20,000 nt of DNA from Lama guanicoe (taxonomy: Eukaryota): the NCBI GenBank assembly GCA_013239625.1, contig MU053934.1:2291395-2311394 (forward strand), read 5' to 3'. How positions within the stretch are numbered: position 1 is the first letter of the stretch; every line of letters starts with the position of its first letter. Of the stretch, positions 1-10,457 are shown in pieces. The translations under genes were made by a program, and so were the position numbers. Under the pieces are notes generated by a model. The model searched no databases and was not told the origin of the DNA. It saw only the letters and a list, made by a program, of their open reading frames with translations.

Positions 1-134
1 GGAAGCTGCAGCAGCTCTTCAACCACCCGATGTTCGTCCTGCAGCAGGAGGAGAACCAGCGCGAGGGCATCGAGTGGAGCTTCATCAGCTTCGGCCTGGA
101 CCTGCAGCCCTGCACCGAGCTCATCGAGAAGCCG
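1..134 (+). pseudogene. MYH9: MYH9 exon 13 counterpart (relay helix region), 5' part outside window
   Basis: Frame from base 3 reads [44 protein letters not shown], against MYH9 [44 protein letters not shown] (8 of 44 differ). Donor CCG|GTAAGC at 134/135. Confidence 0.92.
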
Positions 135-805
135 GTAAGCGCCGGGCCTGCGGGGCCTCACGCGGGCCTGCCCTCTGCCCCTCTGGGGACCACCCTCTCC
201 TCACCCCCAGCCCCTGTGGCTTGTAGGGATCTAGTTCCTCTCCCTGTCGGTGCCACCTGGAGGAATAAGCCGGAGGGGTTAGATCTGGTGTCCGGGAGCC
301 TCGCCCAGCTGCCGACCAGGTGGGGATGCGGCTGGTGACCGGGTGGCCTGTCTCCGCAGCTCCCGGAGGGGTGGGCTCAGCCAGCCCTTCTGCGTCTGAC
401 ACAAGCAGGAATGCTTTACTGGGGAGAGCCTCTCCCCGATGCCTGCGCTGCAGCACAGACTCGTGCCGCCCCCGGGGTCGAGTGCTGCTTCCGAAGCTCG
501 GCCACCCTCCCTCAGGACCAACACTCCTGTGGCCTCAGCTGTGGGAGGGAGGGTGATGGTAGCTCAGAAGCCCTTACTCTTTTCTATCAGTTAACATTCA
601 AATCTCTGGTCAGGGGCAGTTTGAGTCACTTGTTTGTGCTTTAGGGTGGGGGGAGGGGGAGGTCTATAACGGAGTCCGGGCTGGTTCTGCTTCTGGGTTA
701 GCTCTTGTTTAAAGGCACTAAACTCACATCTTGCCAGAATCCTGAGCTGCTTAAGGCTGTGTACACCAGAGACACACTGAAATGTTAATTAATCAAAAGG
801 TCTAT

Positions 806-959
806 GGGGGGAGGGTATAGCTCAAGTGGTAGAGCACATGCTTAGCATGCGTGAGGTCCAGGGTTCAATCCCCAGTACCTCCATTAAAAATAAATAAACT
901 GAATTACCTCCCCCTGCCAAAAAAAAAAATAAATAAACAAAGTAAGTAAAAAAAAAAAA
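806..959 (+). mobile_element. tRNA-Ala(AGC)-derived SINE, Vic-1 type (camelid)
   Basis: Head GGGGAGGGTATAGCTCAAGTGGTAGAGC. A box at 818-829, B box GGTTCAATCC at 862-871, AGC anticodon remnant at 844-846, A-rich tail. Target-site duplication AAAAGGTCTA (795-804) / AAAAGGCCTA (956-965). Confidence 0.88.
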
Positions 960-1660
960 GGCCTAGGACATTTGCGCATTTTGAAAGTATTACCTGAGGT
1001 GGGGTAGGGTGGGGGTGGAACTATCCACAGTCCTAACACAAACTGATGTACTTTTGTGAAGAGGTTTTGTTTGTTTGTTTGTTTTTTTTTTTAGTTTAAA
1101 TCAGTTGCATTTTCCAATGAACAAGAATCCACCTGGTTTCCACACTGGTCAGCCAGTCCCCACAGTGTCTGAGTCAGCTCTCTCATAAACTCAGTGTACA
1201 GAAGGCTCTTGGGGGTCTGGGGCACTTTCTCTTCCTTGAGAGGCTTGTCCTAAATGTCGCCTCTCACCACATAGCTGTGAAGACACAGAGCGTGTGGGGT
1301 GGGGTGCCCCAGAGCGACTTCTGGGGCCCGGGTACCTGTTGAGGGCAGCCTCCAGGACGTGGGTCAGGGGTCTGCATGGCCGTCAAGCCCACTAGTGCAC
1401 TAATTGGAGAACCTTGTGATGGATCATTGGGTTGAGGTGGGGGGGCCATAGCCTAGACCCCAGAAGTTTATTTTTAAACAAGAATTCTTAAATTGAGTGC
1501 TTTCAGTAATGTTCCTTATTTTTTTCTCCTGTGGGGGAAGCACCGCCCACCTTCTGGAGAGATTCTGGAGTTTCCGAAAACCAGGCTTTGGCTTCTTTCC
1601 CAGGTGAGGATGGGTGGTTCCTACAGTGAGCTCACCTGTGCGATGCTGTGCTTCCTCCAG

Positions 1661-1839
1661 GCAGGCCCCCCTGGCATCCTGGCCCTGCTGGACAAGGAGT
1701 GCTGGTTCCCCAAAGCTAGCTTCCCCAAAGAGCTTCGTGGAGAAAGTGATGCAGAAGGAGGGCACCCACTCCCAAGTTCCAGAAGCCCAAGCAGCTGAAG
1801 GACAAAGTTTATTTCTGCATCATCCACTATGCAGGCAAG
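1661..1839 (+). pseudogene. MYH9: MYH9 exon 14 counterpart, frameshifted (179 nt vs 174 expected)
   Basis: Acceptor cttcctccAG (1659-1660) and donor AAG|GTGAGG (1840). Reads AGPPGILALLDKECWFPKA, then a +4 lesion (1718-1730), [13 protein letters not shown], a +1 T (1770), then [23 protein letters not shown]. The entry frame stops at TGA 1796-1798. Confidence 0.92.
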
Positions 1840-2119
1840 GTGAGGAGAGCGCACACCGATGAAGGTGCCGGCCGGACCATCTCCAGAGACATAGAGATGA
1901 TATTAAGACCATGGTGGGGGCAGGGGCCCAGTATTCTGGTCCTGTGACTCAGATAATGTTCCTGGAGGGGATATCCAGCATTCACGTGACTCCACCACCT
2001 TGCAAAGTGTGTCACCATTTACATTTTGTTAGAAACTTGCAGCAATTGGTAGGATACTCAGGCTGGTCTCATGTGTACTACTATTAGGGGAATTTTGCAG
2101 GTGGGGAGGTGAGATCTGT

Positions 2120-2262
2120 GCTAAAGGCAGGGCCTCTGGAGTCTGAATTAGAGCTCCGCTACTGTGTGACTTTGGGTGGTTTCCTTAACCTCTCTGAGCC
2201 TTGGTTGCCTCGTCTGGAAAATGAGGGTGACCACTGCTGTATGGGGTAAGGTCTGTTAAAGG
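2120..2262 (+). mobile_element. MIR SINE fragment
   Basis: MIR core motif tgtgtgactttggg...ccttaacctctctgagcct...gtctggaaaatgagg. Confidence 0.75.
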
Positions 2263-2311
2263 AGCTTGTGAAACCCAGGCTGCGCAGTCAGTGCTGTGGG
2301 GTGGGGCCTCC

Positions 2312-2512
2312 CAGTCTCCAACTGCAGACAGGGGCCAGGTCAGTCTTTATTGTGAGACATTGTCCTGAGCTTTGTAGGATGTTTAGCAGCATCCCTCCCT
2401 TCTCCCCACTGGGGGTCAGTAGCGCCCTGCCTCCTTGGAACAACCAGGAACATCAGATATCCCCAAACATCTGTGGGTTGGGGTGCCAGACAGTCCTCTG
2501 GGTGAGAGCCAC
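2312..2512 (-). mobile_element. MER20 (hAT-Charlie) DNA transposon
   Basis: Contains tgtcctgagctttgtaggatgtttagcagcatccct...cagtagc and ends tgagagccac, matching the MER20 consensus as recalled. Confidence 0.8.
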
Positions 2513-2584
2513 AAAAGACAAAAGCCTGCAGGAGCAAGGCCTGGACTGTCAGGTTGGAGGTCAGCTGTGGCCTTCGACCCACAG

Positions 2585-2693
2585 GGCCTTTGCCAAATGG
2601 CAGCAGCAGCTGATGGCCATGAAGGTCCTGCAGAGGAACTGTGCCGCCTACCTCAAGCTGCGGAACTGGCAGTGGTGGCGGCTCTTCACCGAG
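2585..2693 (+). pseudogene. MYH9: MYH9 exon 20 counterpart (IQ/neck region), 109 nt
   Basis: Acceptor cacAG (2583-2584) and donor GAG|GTGGGT (2694). Reads [36 protein letters not shown], against MYH9 [36 protein letters not shown]. Length and phase match the MYH9 exon. Confidence 0.92.
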
Positions 2694-3227
2694 GTGGGTC
2701 TGGAGGGGCCTCCATGTGGCCGAGGGGACCAGCGGGCCTCCCGTGGCCTCCTGGGGGCTCAGGCCCCGGGAAGGGCACTTTGCCTTCATGGCCCGTGCCC
2801 TGTACCTGAGCCCGGGATGGTCCTGCCCTGTGGGGTCTGGCGAGGCGTGAGCCGGGGCATCTGTACGGGGTGGAGGCCAGGGCCACTGTCGGGCTGGGCC
2901 AGAGCGGCTCCAGGAGCAGCTCCGGGAGGTCCAGGCCGCGCCCCTCCAGACCCCACATGGTGAGGCCACTGCCCGCCCGGAAACCAGAGGTCAGTGAGTC
3001 AGAATCTGCACAGGGCTGGTCCTCCCTAGTGTTTAAAAAAAAAAACTCTTTATTATTTTAAGATTGGTCAGCCTGCTTTTGTTGCCAATAGATAATTTGT
3101 GGTAACTGTGATAAGTTAGACTTTAAAAAACCTTTCTTTTCTCTCTCTTCCTGTAATAGTAAAATTTCAAGTCCTTCTCGCTGCCTAGGAGGGGAGCAGC
3201 AGGAGGTGATGGGAGAAGTAGGTGGGG

Positions 3228-3600
3228 GTATCAGGGCAGGGCTCGGGGGCTACTTCCTGCCCCTCAGGCCACCCTCCCCTGGAGGCTCTTGGGGAGCCCT
3301 TCCTTGCCTGTCCCAGCTTGTGGTGGCTTCAGGTGTTTTCTGGCTTGTGGCTGCATCATCCAATCTCTGCCTCCGTCTTGCCGTGGCCGTCTCCCCTACT
3401 CCCTGTTATCTTTCTGTGCATCTCTCGTAAGGACACTGGTTTGATCTAGGGCCCACCCAGATGGTCCATGGTTATCTCATCTCAAGATGTTTACCTTAAA
3501 GGATTTGCAAAGACCCTTCTCCACATGAGGACCATTCACTGGTTGCAGAGATCAGGTCATAGACATATCTTTTGAGGGGGCCACCTAAATGGACACTATA
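3228..3600 (-). mobile_element. MLT1 (MaLR) solo LTR, MLT1B/C-like
   Basis: Motifs tggcttgtggctgcatc..caatctctgcctcc, taaggacact, atctcatctcaagat, tgcaaagaccctt and gacatatcttttgagggggccac. Confidence 0.8.
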
Positions 3601-4629
3601 GGACAGAACAAATATCAGTTCTCCCCATTAAGATCCTGTGGCTTGACTGTTCACCGCAGGGGGAAGGGCTGGACCAGGTCCCCACCTCTGCCCATGGCAG
3701 GGTGGGTGCAGTCACCAGGGTTACCTGACGCACCCACCACACATGAGCCTGAAAGCCCAGAGGCTACTGATTCCAAAGTTCCTTGTGGAAGGGAGGGGCT
3801 CTCGCCCCTTCTCCAACCATCCTCGTGCTGTCTGTAGAGCCTAAAGTGTGCTAATGCCCCCTCCTGCCCCGGCCTCTCCCCCATGACTGCTGGGCATCCC
3901 CCCTTCACTGCTGGTCCCTGAGACGGACTGTCACCCTGCCCCCAGAATGTCCTCACCTTCCCTACTTGCATCCACTGGGCTGTCAACTGTCCCACTGGTC
4001 TTTGGTGGCATTAGAGACCTCCTCATCCCTAATTCTGCCCAATTGCTTATTTTTCCAAATAACTTCAGATCTTGCACCCAGGCTATGGTTGTAACTATGT
4101 TTCCTGATTCTGGCCCCCTTAGGGTGATAGAGCCCCTGGTGAAACTCTCAGAGGGGCACCACTGAGGGATAAAGAAATGTGAGAGGGAGAGAGATCACAT
4201 CTGATGGCATGTCCCAGCATCTCCCTGCTACACGCCCACAATGGGCGTTTAGACAGAGGGTGGGGTGGGGGCCTGGCTAACGGATATTACTCCCTGATCA
4301 TGTGATTGTTGAGCAAATAAAAAGGTTTTAGTTTCCTATTAAGTTTCTTTTAAAATTTTGCAGTGGAAATTGATCTAGAGAGAGGAGCGGAAAAAGATGG
4401 TACTTCCTCTGTATTTTTTGAAATAATTTTTAAACAGCGATTTTGTATTTTTCCCCCCAAAGATGCTGTGGCTTTTCTGGATTGATGACTATAGAAGAGA
4501 CCAATAATTGTCCCCAAATTTTTATCCTTTCCTCCTTTTTTAAAAAACTATTTTTTTTTACTTTTTTCTTATTTTGGTAAAATATACATAGCATAAAATT
4601 GACCATTTAAACCATTTCTATTGTCTTCA

Positions 4630-5035
4630 TTTTTTTTTTTAATAGAGAAGCTGCTGTTAGCTGGGCACATGGGAGCCCAGCCTCCCTTGTAGCTCCATGT
4701 AGCCTCATTACTACAGTGATGGAAGGCGAGGGGAATGATGTGTACACCTTCTGGGTCATTCCCTTGAAGGGAAATTCCTGCGCTCTGTGTCCTCCTTTTG
4801 GGCTGGAATGTCTGGGTAAGTACCAGTCTCCATGTAGAACAGAGCAACCTCTGGTGATGATGTCAGAGCAGCAACAGATTAGATTTCTGGTCAACCTTTG
4901 GCAGCAAAGCCAAACTGCCTAGCAACTGGGGCTTTCATGTCTGAAATAAATAAATCTGTGCTGTTTGAGTCAACATGTTAATGTTTTGTGAGCTTGTTGT
5001 CACAGCAGCTCAGCATCTACATCCTAACTAATACA
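4630..5035 (+). mobile_element. Old MLT1 (MaLR) LTR, MLT1I/J/K-like
   Basis: Has ccagcctcccttgtagct, AATAAA near 4945, and the typical 3' end ttgtcacagcagc...cctaactaataca. Confidence 0.65.
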
Positions 5036-5364
5036 ACGACCATCTCTGGGTTTCATCCCCTCCCTTGACTGTGAGTCATCTCATCCTTTCAGAACTTGGT
5101 CTCTCTGCTCAGCCCCTGTGGGTTGACCATGGCTTGATTGACTGTGGCTTTGACGTTGACGTCTCCCTGGATCCTGCCTCTGAGCCCCCATCTCTCCAGG
5201 GATCCGTACACTGTGGCCTGTGAATGAGTGGCCTCTTCAGGCTTCCAAGGCTCAGTTCCCAGACTGGCCCAGCTCAGCTGTTGTATCAGAAAACCTCAAG
5301 GACCAACCCCCGACCCTCATTCCCATCCCTCTGCCTACCTGTTAGCACCCACATGTTCCCAGTG

Positions 5365-5583
5365 GAATAGACAGACAGGGGTAGGAGTGAAGCAGCCATA
5401 GGCTGGGGCAAGAGGGCGGGGGACCTGGGACTAACTGCTAATAGGTATAGGGGTTCTTTTGGGGGTGATGGAAATGTTCTGGAATTAGGTAGTGGTGATG
5501 TTTGCACAACACAGTGAATATACTAAAAACTACTTTTAAATGGTGACTGTTATGTTACGTGACTTACATCTCAGTTTTCTTAA
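5365..5583 (+). mobile_element. L1MB-type LINE 3' end
   Basis: actgctaataggtataggggttcttttgggggtgatggaaatgttctggaattaggtagtggtgatg...gtgaatatactaaaaac. Confidence 0.8.
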
Positions 5584-5864
5584 ATGCTGCTTTTTAAGAA
5601 GCCATAGAGAGAGAGAGATGGGGAAAGACATCCTGGAAAGGGACCGGGAGGGGCTTACGCCTGGTCGGATAGAAGAAGGACAGGGCAGAGGGGAGGAAGC
5701 AGTGACCAGGTCTCCTGCTGCAGTAAGCAAAGTGACAAGTGCCGGGGGTCATACCAGGAGCTGCTGGTTCCCAGAGGTGAATCACATTCGGGGGCTCTGG
5801 CGGGGTCCCCAGCTTGGTGGAAGGAGGAGATGCCCTCTTTCTGAGTCTAGGAGCTCTCGACCAC

Positions 5865-6650
5865 AAACAGGAATGAAAGAGACACACAGGCCTGTGGATG
5901 GGCGTCAAGGGCAGTTTGCTTAGTGAAGTTTTAAAAGGCCAGTCTTCAAGGGTTACATACTGTGTGATTCCACTTATAAAATATTCTCAAAATAGCCAAC
6001 GTTTAGGAATGGAGAACCTTTCAGGGGTTGCCAGGGTTTAGGGAAGCCACGGGAAAGTAAGACCCTAAGGGGTAGCACAGGGAGTTCCTTCGCAGTGACA
6101 GAACAGTCTGTATGTGGATTGTCGTGATGGCTAAATGAATCTGCACATGTGATAAGACGTCAGAGGACTGTCCCAATGACATAAAAATGCGTGCATGTAA
6201 CACTGGTGAAAGTCGGGGGGTGGAAAGGGACAGACTGGGAGTTCAAAATCTGCAGATACTGACAGGCATATGCAGAATAGATAAACAAGATTATACCGGA
6301 TAGCACAGGGAAATATATACAAGATCTTGTGGTAGCTCACAGCGAAAAAAGAATGTGACAATGAATATATGTATGTTCATGTATAACCGAAAAATTGGGC
6401 TCTACGCTGGAATTTGACACAACATTGTAAAATGACTATAACTCAGTAAAAAAAAGTTTTAAAAAATTAAAAAATAAATTCATGAACTATGGAAAAAAAA
6501 ATACTGCTGAAAGTTGAGGAAGGTCTATAGCCTGGCTGGTTCTATTTTGAAAGCCACTGTCATGTAAGATGTCACCATGGCATGGGAACTGGGCGAGGGG
6601 TACACAGGACCTCTCTCTACTATTTTTTGTCTTGTGAGCCTATAATAATT
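5865..6650 (+). mobile_element. Old L1MC/L1MD-type 3' end, split by a younger L1 insertion
   Basis: Includes ggttacatactgtgtgattccacttata and tgcatgtaacactggtgaaa. Resumes after 6515 with aaggtctatag...gtaagatgtcacca...gggtacacaggacctctct. Confidence 0.7.
6215..6499 (+). mobile_element. Young lineage-specific L1 3' UTR, 5'-truncated, with poly(A) and TSD
   Basis: Reads gatagcacagggaaatatatacaagatcttgtggtagctcacagcgaaaaaa...acaacattgtaaaatgactataactca, then an A tail. TSD aacactggtgaaagtc (6199-6214) / aatactgctgaaagtt (6500-6515), 13/16 identical. Confidence 0.85.
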
Positions 6651-6724
6651 TTTTCTTTGAGTCTCTGATTCAAGAGCTGAACGGTGGAGGGGAGGATCAG
6701 CACATAAAAGAAGGGAAGGCATGG

Positions 6725-6990
6725 CCAGCTTTGTGACCTTGGAAAATAACTGAATTCTCTAAGTCTGCTTTCTTGTCTGTGCACAGATACAATGAGAACA
6801 GCAGACAGCTCGATCGTGCTTTCAAAGGAGAAAGGAGATAATGCAGACCGAGAGTGCCCAGAATATAGGGATTCCTGCTTATTGAGCACCTGCTGTATGC
6901 TAAGCCCTACCCCTACCTTGTCTCAGTCATCTTCCCAGTAACACTGTCAGCTCCAGACTCTTTCTACAAGCAGGAAACTGAGTCACAGCA
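6725..6990. mobile_element. Two degenerate MIR/L2 fragments in opposite orientation
   Basis: gctttgtgaccttggaaaataactgaattctct on +; ttattgagcacctgctgtatgc...aggaaactgag on -. Confidence 0.6.
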
Positions 6991-7419
6991 AAAACCTGGG
7001 GGAGGTGATTTCAGGGAGGGCTGCATGATGCCAAATTCTCTCCCCAGCTCACGGAAGAGAGGGGGACATGGACATAGCAGAATGGGGCCCACAGCCCTCT
7101 GCGCAGGGAGATCTCAGGCAGTTTTCCTTGGAGGTGGGAGCAGTTTCAGGAGCAAGCTGACCCTTGGTCCCAGTTGCAATGGGTCCTGGGGGCTCAGCCA
7201 GACCTGGCTCCTGGTGGCCACTAGGGACTCACAGGCCAAGTGGAATTTGGGGAACAAATTCTAGTGGTATTTGAAGTTTTGTGACACATCTCAGGCTGAC
7301 AGGGAGAATTTAGGGAAGAAAATTCCATTTTTTGAATACTTGAGGGTTTCAGAATTTCTCTCCCTCTGGGAAATGGCATAGTCCAGACAACAGACCAGCC
7401 CAGCTTCCCTACTTTTGGG

Positions 7420-7550
7420 GCAGGTCTGAGCCTAGTTTTCTCCGGGGAAATGGGGACAGTAAATGTTTTCATCACCTGGCTGTTGTAGCAAATAAGATAC
7501 TGTGTATGAAGACGCTTTGCAAATGGTAAAGTGTTCAGATGCTGTTATAT
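7420..7550 (+). mobile_element. MIR fragment
   Basis: tctgagcctagttttc...aaatgggga...gctttgcaaatggtaaagtg. Confidence 0.6.
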
Positions 7551-7579
7551 TTTTCCTCAAACGCTGGGCTTTTGGAGGA

Positions 7580-7890
7580 TTTATTTTAAATTCTAAAAAT
7601 TGTTATAAAATATACATAATGTACAATTTCCCCTAGCAGCCATTTTTCAGTGTCCAGTTCAGTGGCATTAGGGATATTCACTTTGTGGTACACCCAGCAC
7701 CGCGGTCCAATCACAGAATGTTTACATCTTGCAAAACTGAAACTCTGTCCCCATGAAACACTAACTCCCCACTCTTCCTCCCCTCCACCCCTGGCCAGCA
7801 CCACTGCCCTCCCTGTCTTCTTGAATTTTACTTCCCAGAACCTTCTATGAGTGTAATTGTGCACTATTTGTCCTTTTGTGCTTGGCTTTT
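7580..7890 (-). mobile_element. L1MB-type 3' end (copy 1)
   Basis: aaaatatacataa...cagttcagtggcattag...catcttgcaaaactgaaactctgtcccca...atttgtccttttgtg. Confidence 0.8.
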
Positions 7891-7894
7891 TTGT

Positions 7895-8525
7895 TGTTTT
7901 TTTTTTGCTATGGTAAAATATACATAACATAAAATATACCATCTTTATCATTTTGAAGTACAGAGTTGAGTGGTATTAAATACATTCAGAATGTTGTGAA
8001 ACCATCACCACCATCCAGGTCCATAGCTCTTCCATCTTGTAATGACTGAAAAATCATACTCATCAAACACTAACTCCCGCCTCCCCCAGCGCCTGGCACC
8101 CACCGTTCTACTGTTTGTCTCTGGGAATCTGACTGCTCTACATGCCTCATGTGAGTAGAATCACACGATATTAATCTTCTTGTGACTGGCTTATATCACT
8201 TAGCATAATGTCCCAAATTTCAACCGTGTTATAGCATATGTTGGAATTTGTTCTTTTTAAAAGTGAGTAATATTCCATTGTACATGTAGACCACATTTTT
8301 CTTGTCCTTTCATCCACTGATGGAAGCTTGGGTTGCTTCTACCCTTTGGCCATTGTGAATAATGCTGCCATGAACACGAATGTACAAAATTCTCCTCGAG
8401 ATTCTGCTTTCATATTTTTTGGGTCTCAACTTAGAAGAGGAATTGCTGGATCACATGGCAGTTCTGTATTTAATTGTTTGAGGCGCTGTCGTGCTGTTGG
8501 CCACCGAGGCTGGATGCTGTTATTT
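7895..8525 (-). mobile_element. L1MB-type 3' end (copy 2) extending into ORF2 C-terminus
   Basis: tggtaaaatatacataacataaaat...ttgtgaataatgctgccatgaaca...ggaattgctggatcacatggcagttct. The minus-strand frame gives LKQLNTELPCDPAIPLL, the L1 ORF2 C-terminus. Confidence 0.85.
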
Positions 8526-10309
8526 TTAAGGCCATATTTTAGCACAACAGTGGCGCCAGACAAGGATCTCCTCGGTCTCCTAACTGCCAGGAGGGTAGAG
8601 GTTGGTGGCGCCCCTGACACACGTCCCAGAGATGCCTGGAGGTGCGGCTGTCACCGCCCCCTCTCCACCCACCCCCACCCCTCGCCCTCCTGGTTTGGGG
8701 TCTGCTGACCGTGAGGCTGCTGCTGCTCTCTGGGAACAGCTCGTTTGCAGCATCGTAGTACTAAGCAGAGGACCTTTCAGCTTAAAGTCACTCATCCAGA
8801 TCAAGTACCCAATGACCCGTTTTAAGATAGAATCTGAAATCTGTTGTTAACTCTGAGAATGCGTCCAATTCTCTTAAACATTTCACGTACATGAAAATTA
8901 AAAATAATACTGAAATAATGGGTTCAATTTTATTTGTCATCTTTATCTTTAGTTCTGAACCTTCCTGAGGTTGACAACTGTTAACTCACTCAGGGCCCGA
9001 TTTTCCCACCTCAGGAGAGACCAGTAGGACTGTCCAGTGGGTGACGCTGGCAGCCTGGCAACAAGGGGCCAAGACCCGTTCCCGTGAGGTCACCAGGCAC
9101 TGTCAGCGTGGAGGGCCATTTCCCTGGGCTCTGCCGCCCGAGGTGCCTGCTCTGCTAGCCACTGTGATGACCTCTAATGTCCCCACTGTCACATGCTCAG
9201 TTGGAAGCTTCCTACCTACTCCCACTGTCCCTATAAAAAGGGACAACAGGCAGGTGGAGGTGGGTCCCTGTTCTGGAACACACAGCTCCTAATGTGCAGC
9301 ATGTCGGAGCCACACACACCTCCCCACGGGATGGAGACATGGGGTGGGGCAGGGGTCAGCGGGGCAGTGGCCCTGTGCCTCTTCCTGCTGACCCTTCCAG
9401 TCCCCACCAGGTGACACTGGTGGCATCTGCCAGACACCTTCCTGATCAGTTTTCAGATGACTTTCCCACTGAGTTGGCATTGTCTTCACAGTGGCTGAAA
9501 TTGCTGTGGACCAAAGATTTTAGCCAAGACCCTGATTCTGGAGCTGTCGCCATCCTGGGTGATTTGTCTCGTGATGTTGGGGGTCAGGTTGAGCCCGATT
9601 GTATAGTCACTAGATCTTTGGGGTCTCCAAAGGGGGTGGTCTCAGCTCATGTCCCTGGAGTCAAGAGGTACTTAATCCTTACCTCAATTTGAGTCTAGCC
9701 CCCATTCAGTTGCTCCACCAGGAGACTGTTTATCGAGTCCATGGATGCCCGGCATACAATCTGCATGCTTATCCGAAGCCTTTTATGATAATTGAGCCAC
9801 AGCTCATAAGGATATTTGAGTTTGCATCTCACAGTGGTTTTGTTTGGCTGTGAAGCTAAAGTCACGTAGTGAGAGGGAGAAGAATCAGGAAGAAGGGAGT
9901 TTATAGGGAAAAAAAAGTGACAAAAAAGAATTTTAAACAAGGATGGGTGTTTGCAAATGTCAAATGTCAAGCTTGACTCCTTCCCTGACTCACTGGCAGA
10001 AGCCCTGCCTCTCCCCTCCCCTCGGCTTCCTCGTCAGCAAAATCAGGTCGTAATCCTGGTCTATGTTCCGGGGCGATTGTAAAACCAGGCTGTAGTGTGT
10101 GGTCCTCGTGGACTCATACCCAGCACTCTTCTGTCCCTCCCTCAAGTGCTGGGGGAGGTGGCCACGAGGCCCCAGGGACATTTCCTTGGATAAAGCTGCC
10201 CTAATTAAAGGTCAGGCTGACCTCTGTGGTGAGTCCAGGCTGACTTCAGCCCCTTCTCCATGGGCCAGAGTGGCCAAGTCTGACAGCAGTGCAGCTACAT
10301 GACTTACAG

Positions 10310-10457
10310 GTTGTGGGACCTTGTTTTCTCAGTTTCTTTATCTGTAAAATGGAGCCAACAGGTCCTAGAGCTGATGTGAAAGTTACAGAGGAAATGGGTG
10401 GACAGTGCCAGCACAGCGCCTGGCACCTGCTCCGTCCTCTCCATCCATGGTAGCTCT
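10310..10457 (+). mobile_element. MIR fragment
   Basis: ctcagtttctttatctgtaaaatgg...agcacagcgcctggcac...atggtagct. Confidence 0.75.

Larger units (their letters stand above)
1..2693 (+). pseudogene. MYH9: Unprocessed partial MYH9 (myosin-9-like) pseudogene; exons 13, 14 and 20 equivalents only
   Basis: Three exons with GT/AG boundaries translate to myosin II motor and IQ segments. Residues [32 protein letters not shown] and [21 protein letters not shown] match MYH9 rather than MYH10, MYH11 or MYH14. Frameshifts, a premature stop, substitutions at conserved residues and missing exons indicate a pseudogene. Confidence 0.9.

Noticed and set aside
807..883. Apparent tRNA-Ala(AGC) gene
   Set aside because: It has an A-rich tail, a TSD and imperfect stems, so it is a SINE head rather than a tRNA gene.
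1661..2693. The net +5 nt in exon 14 would restore the frame on splicing to phase-2 exon 20, suggesting a shortened myosin
   Set aside because: The shifted frame hits TGA at 1796-1798 before the junction, so there is no continuous ORF.
2268..2969. Long overlapping ORFs of 231 aa (+) and 209 aa (-)
   Set aside because: These are chance open frames across MER20, the MYH9 exon and GC-rich intron. Only the 36-codon exon is protein-like.
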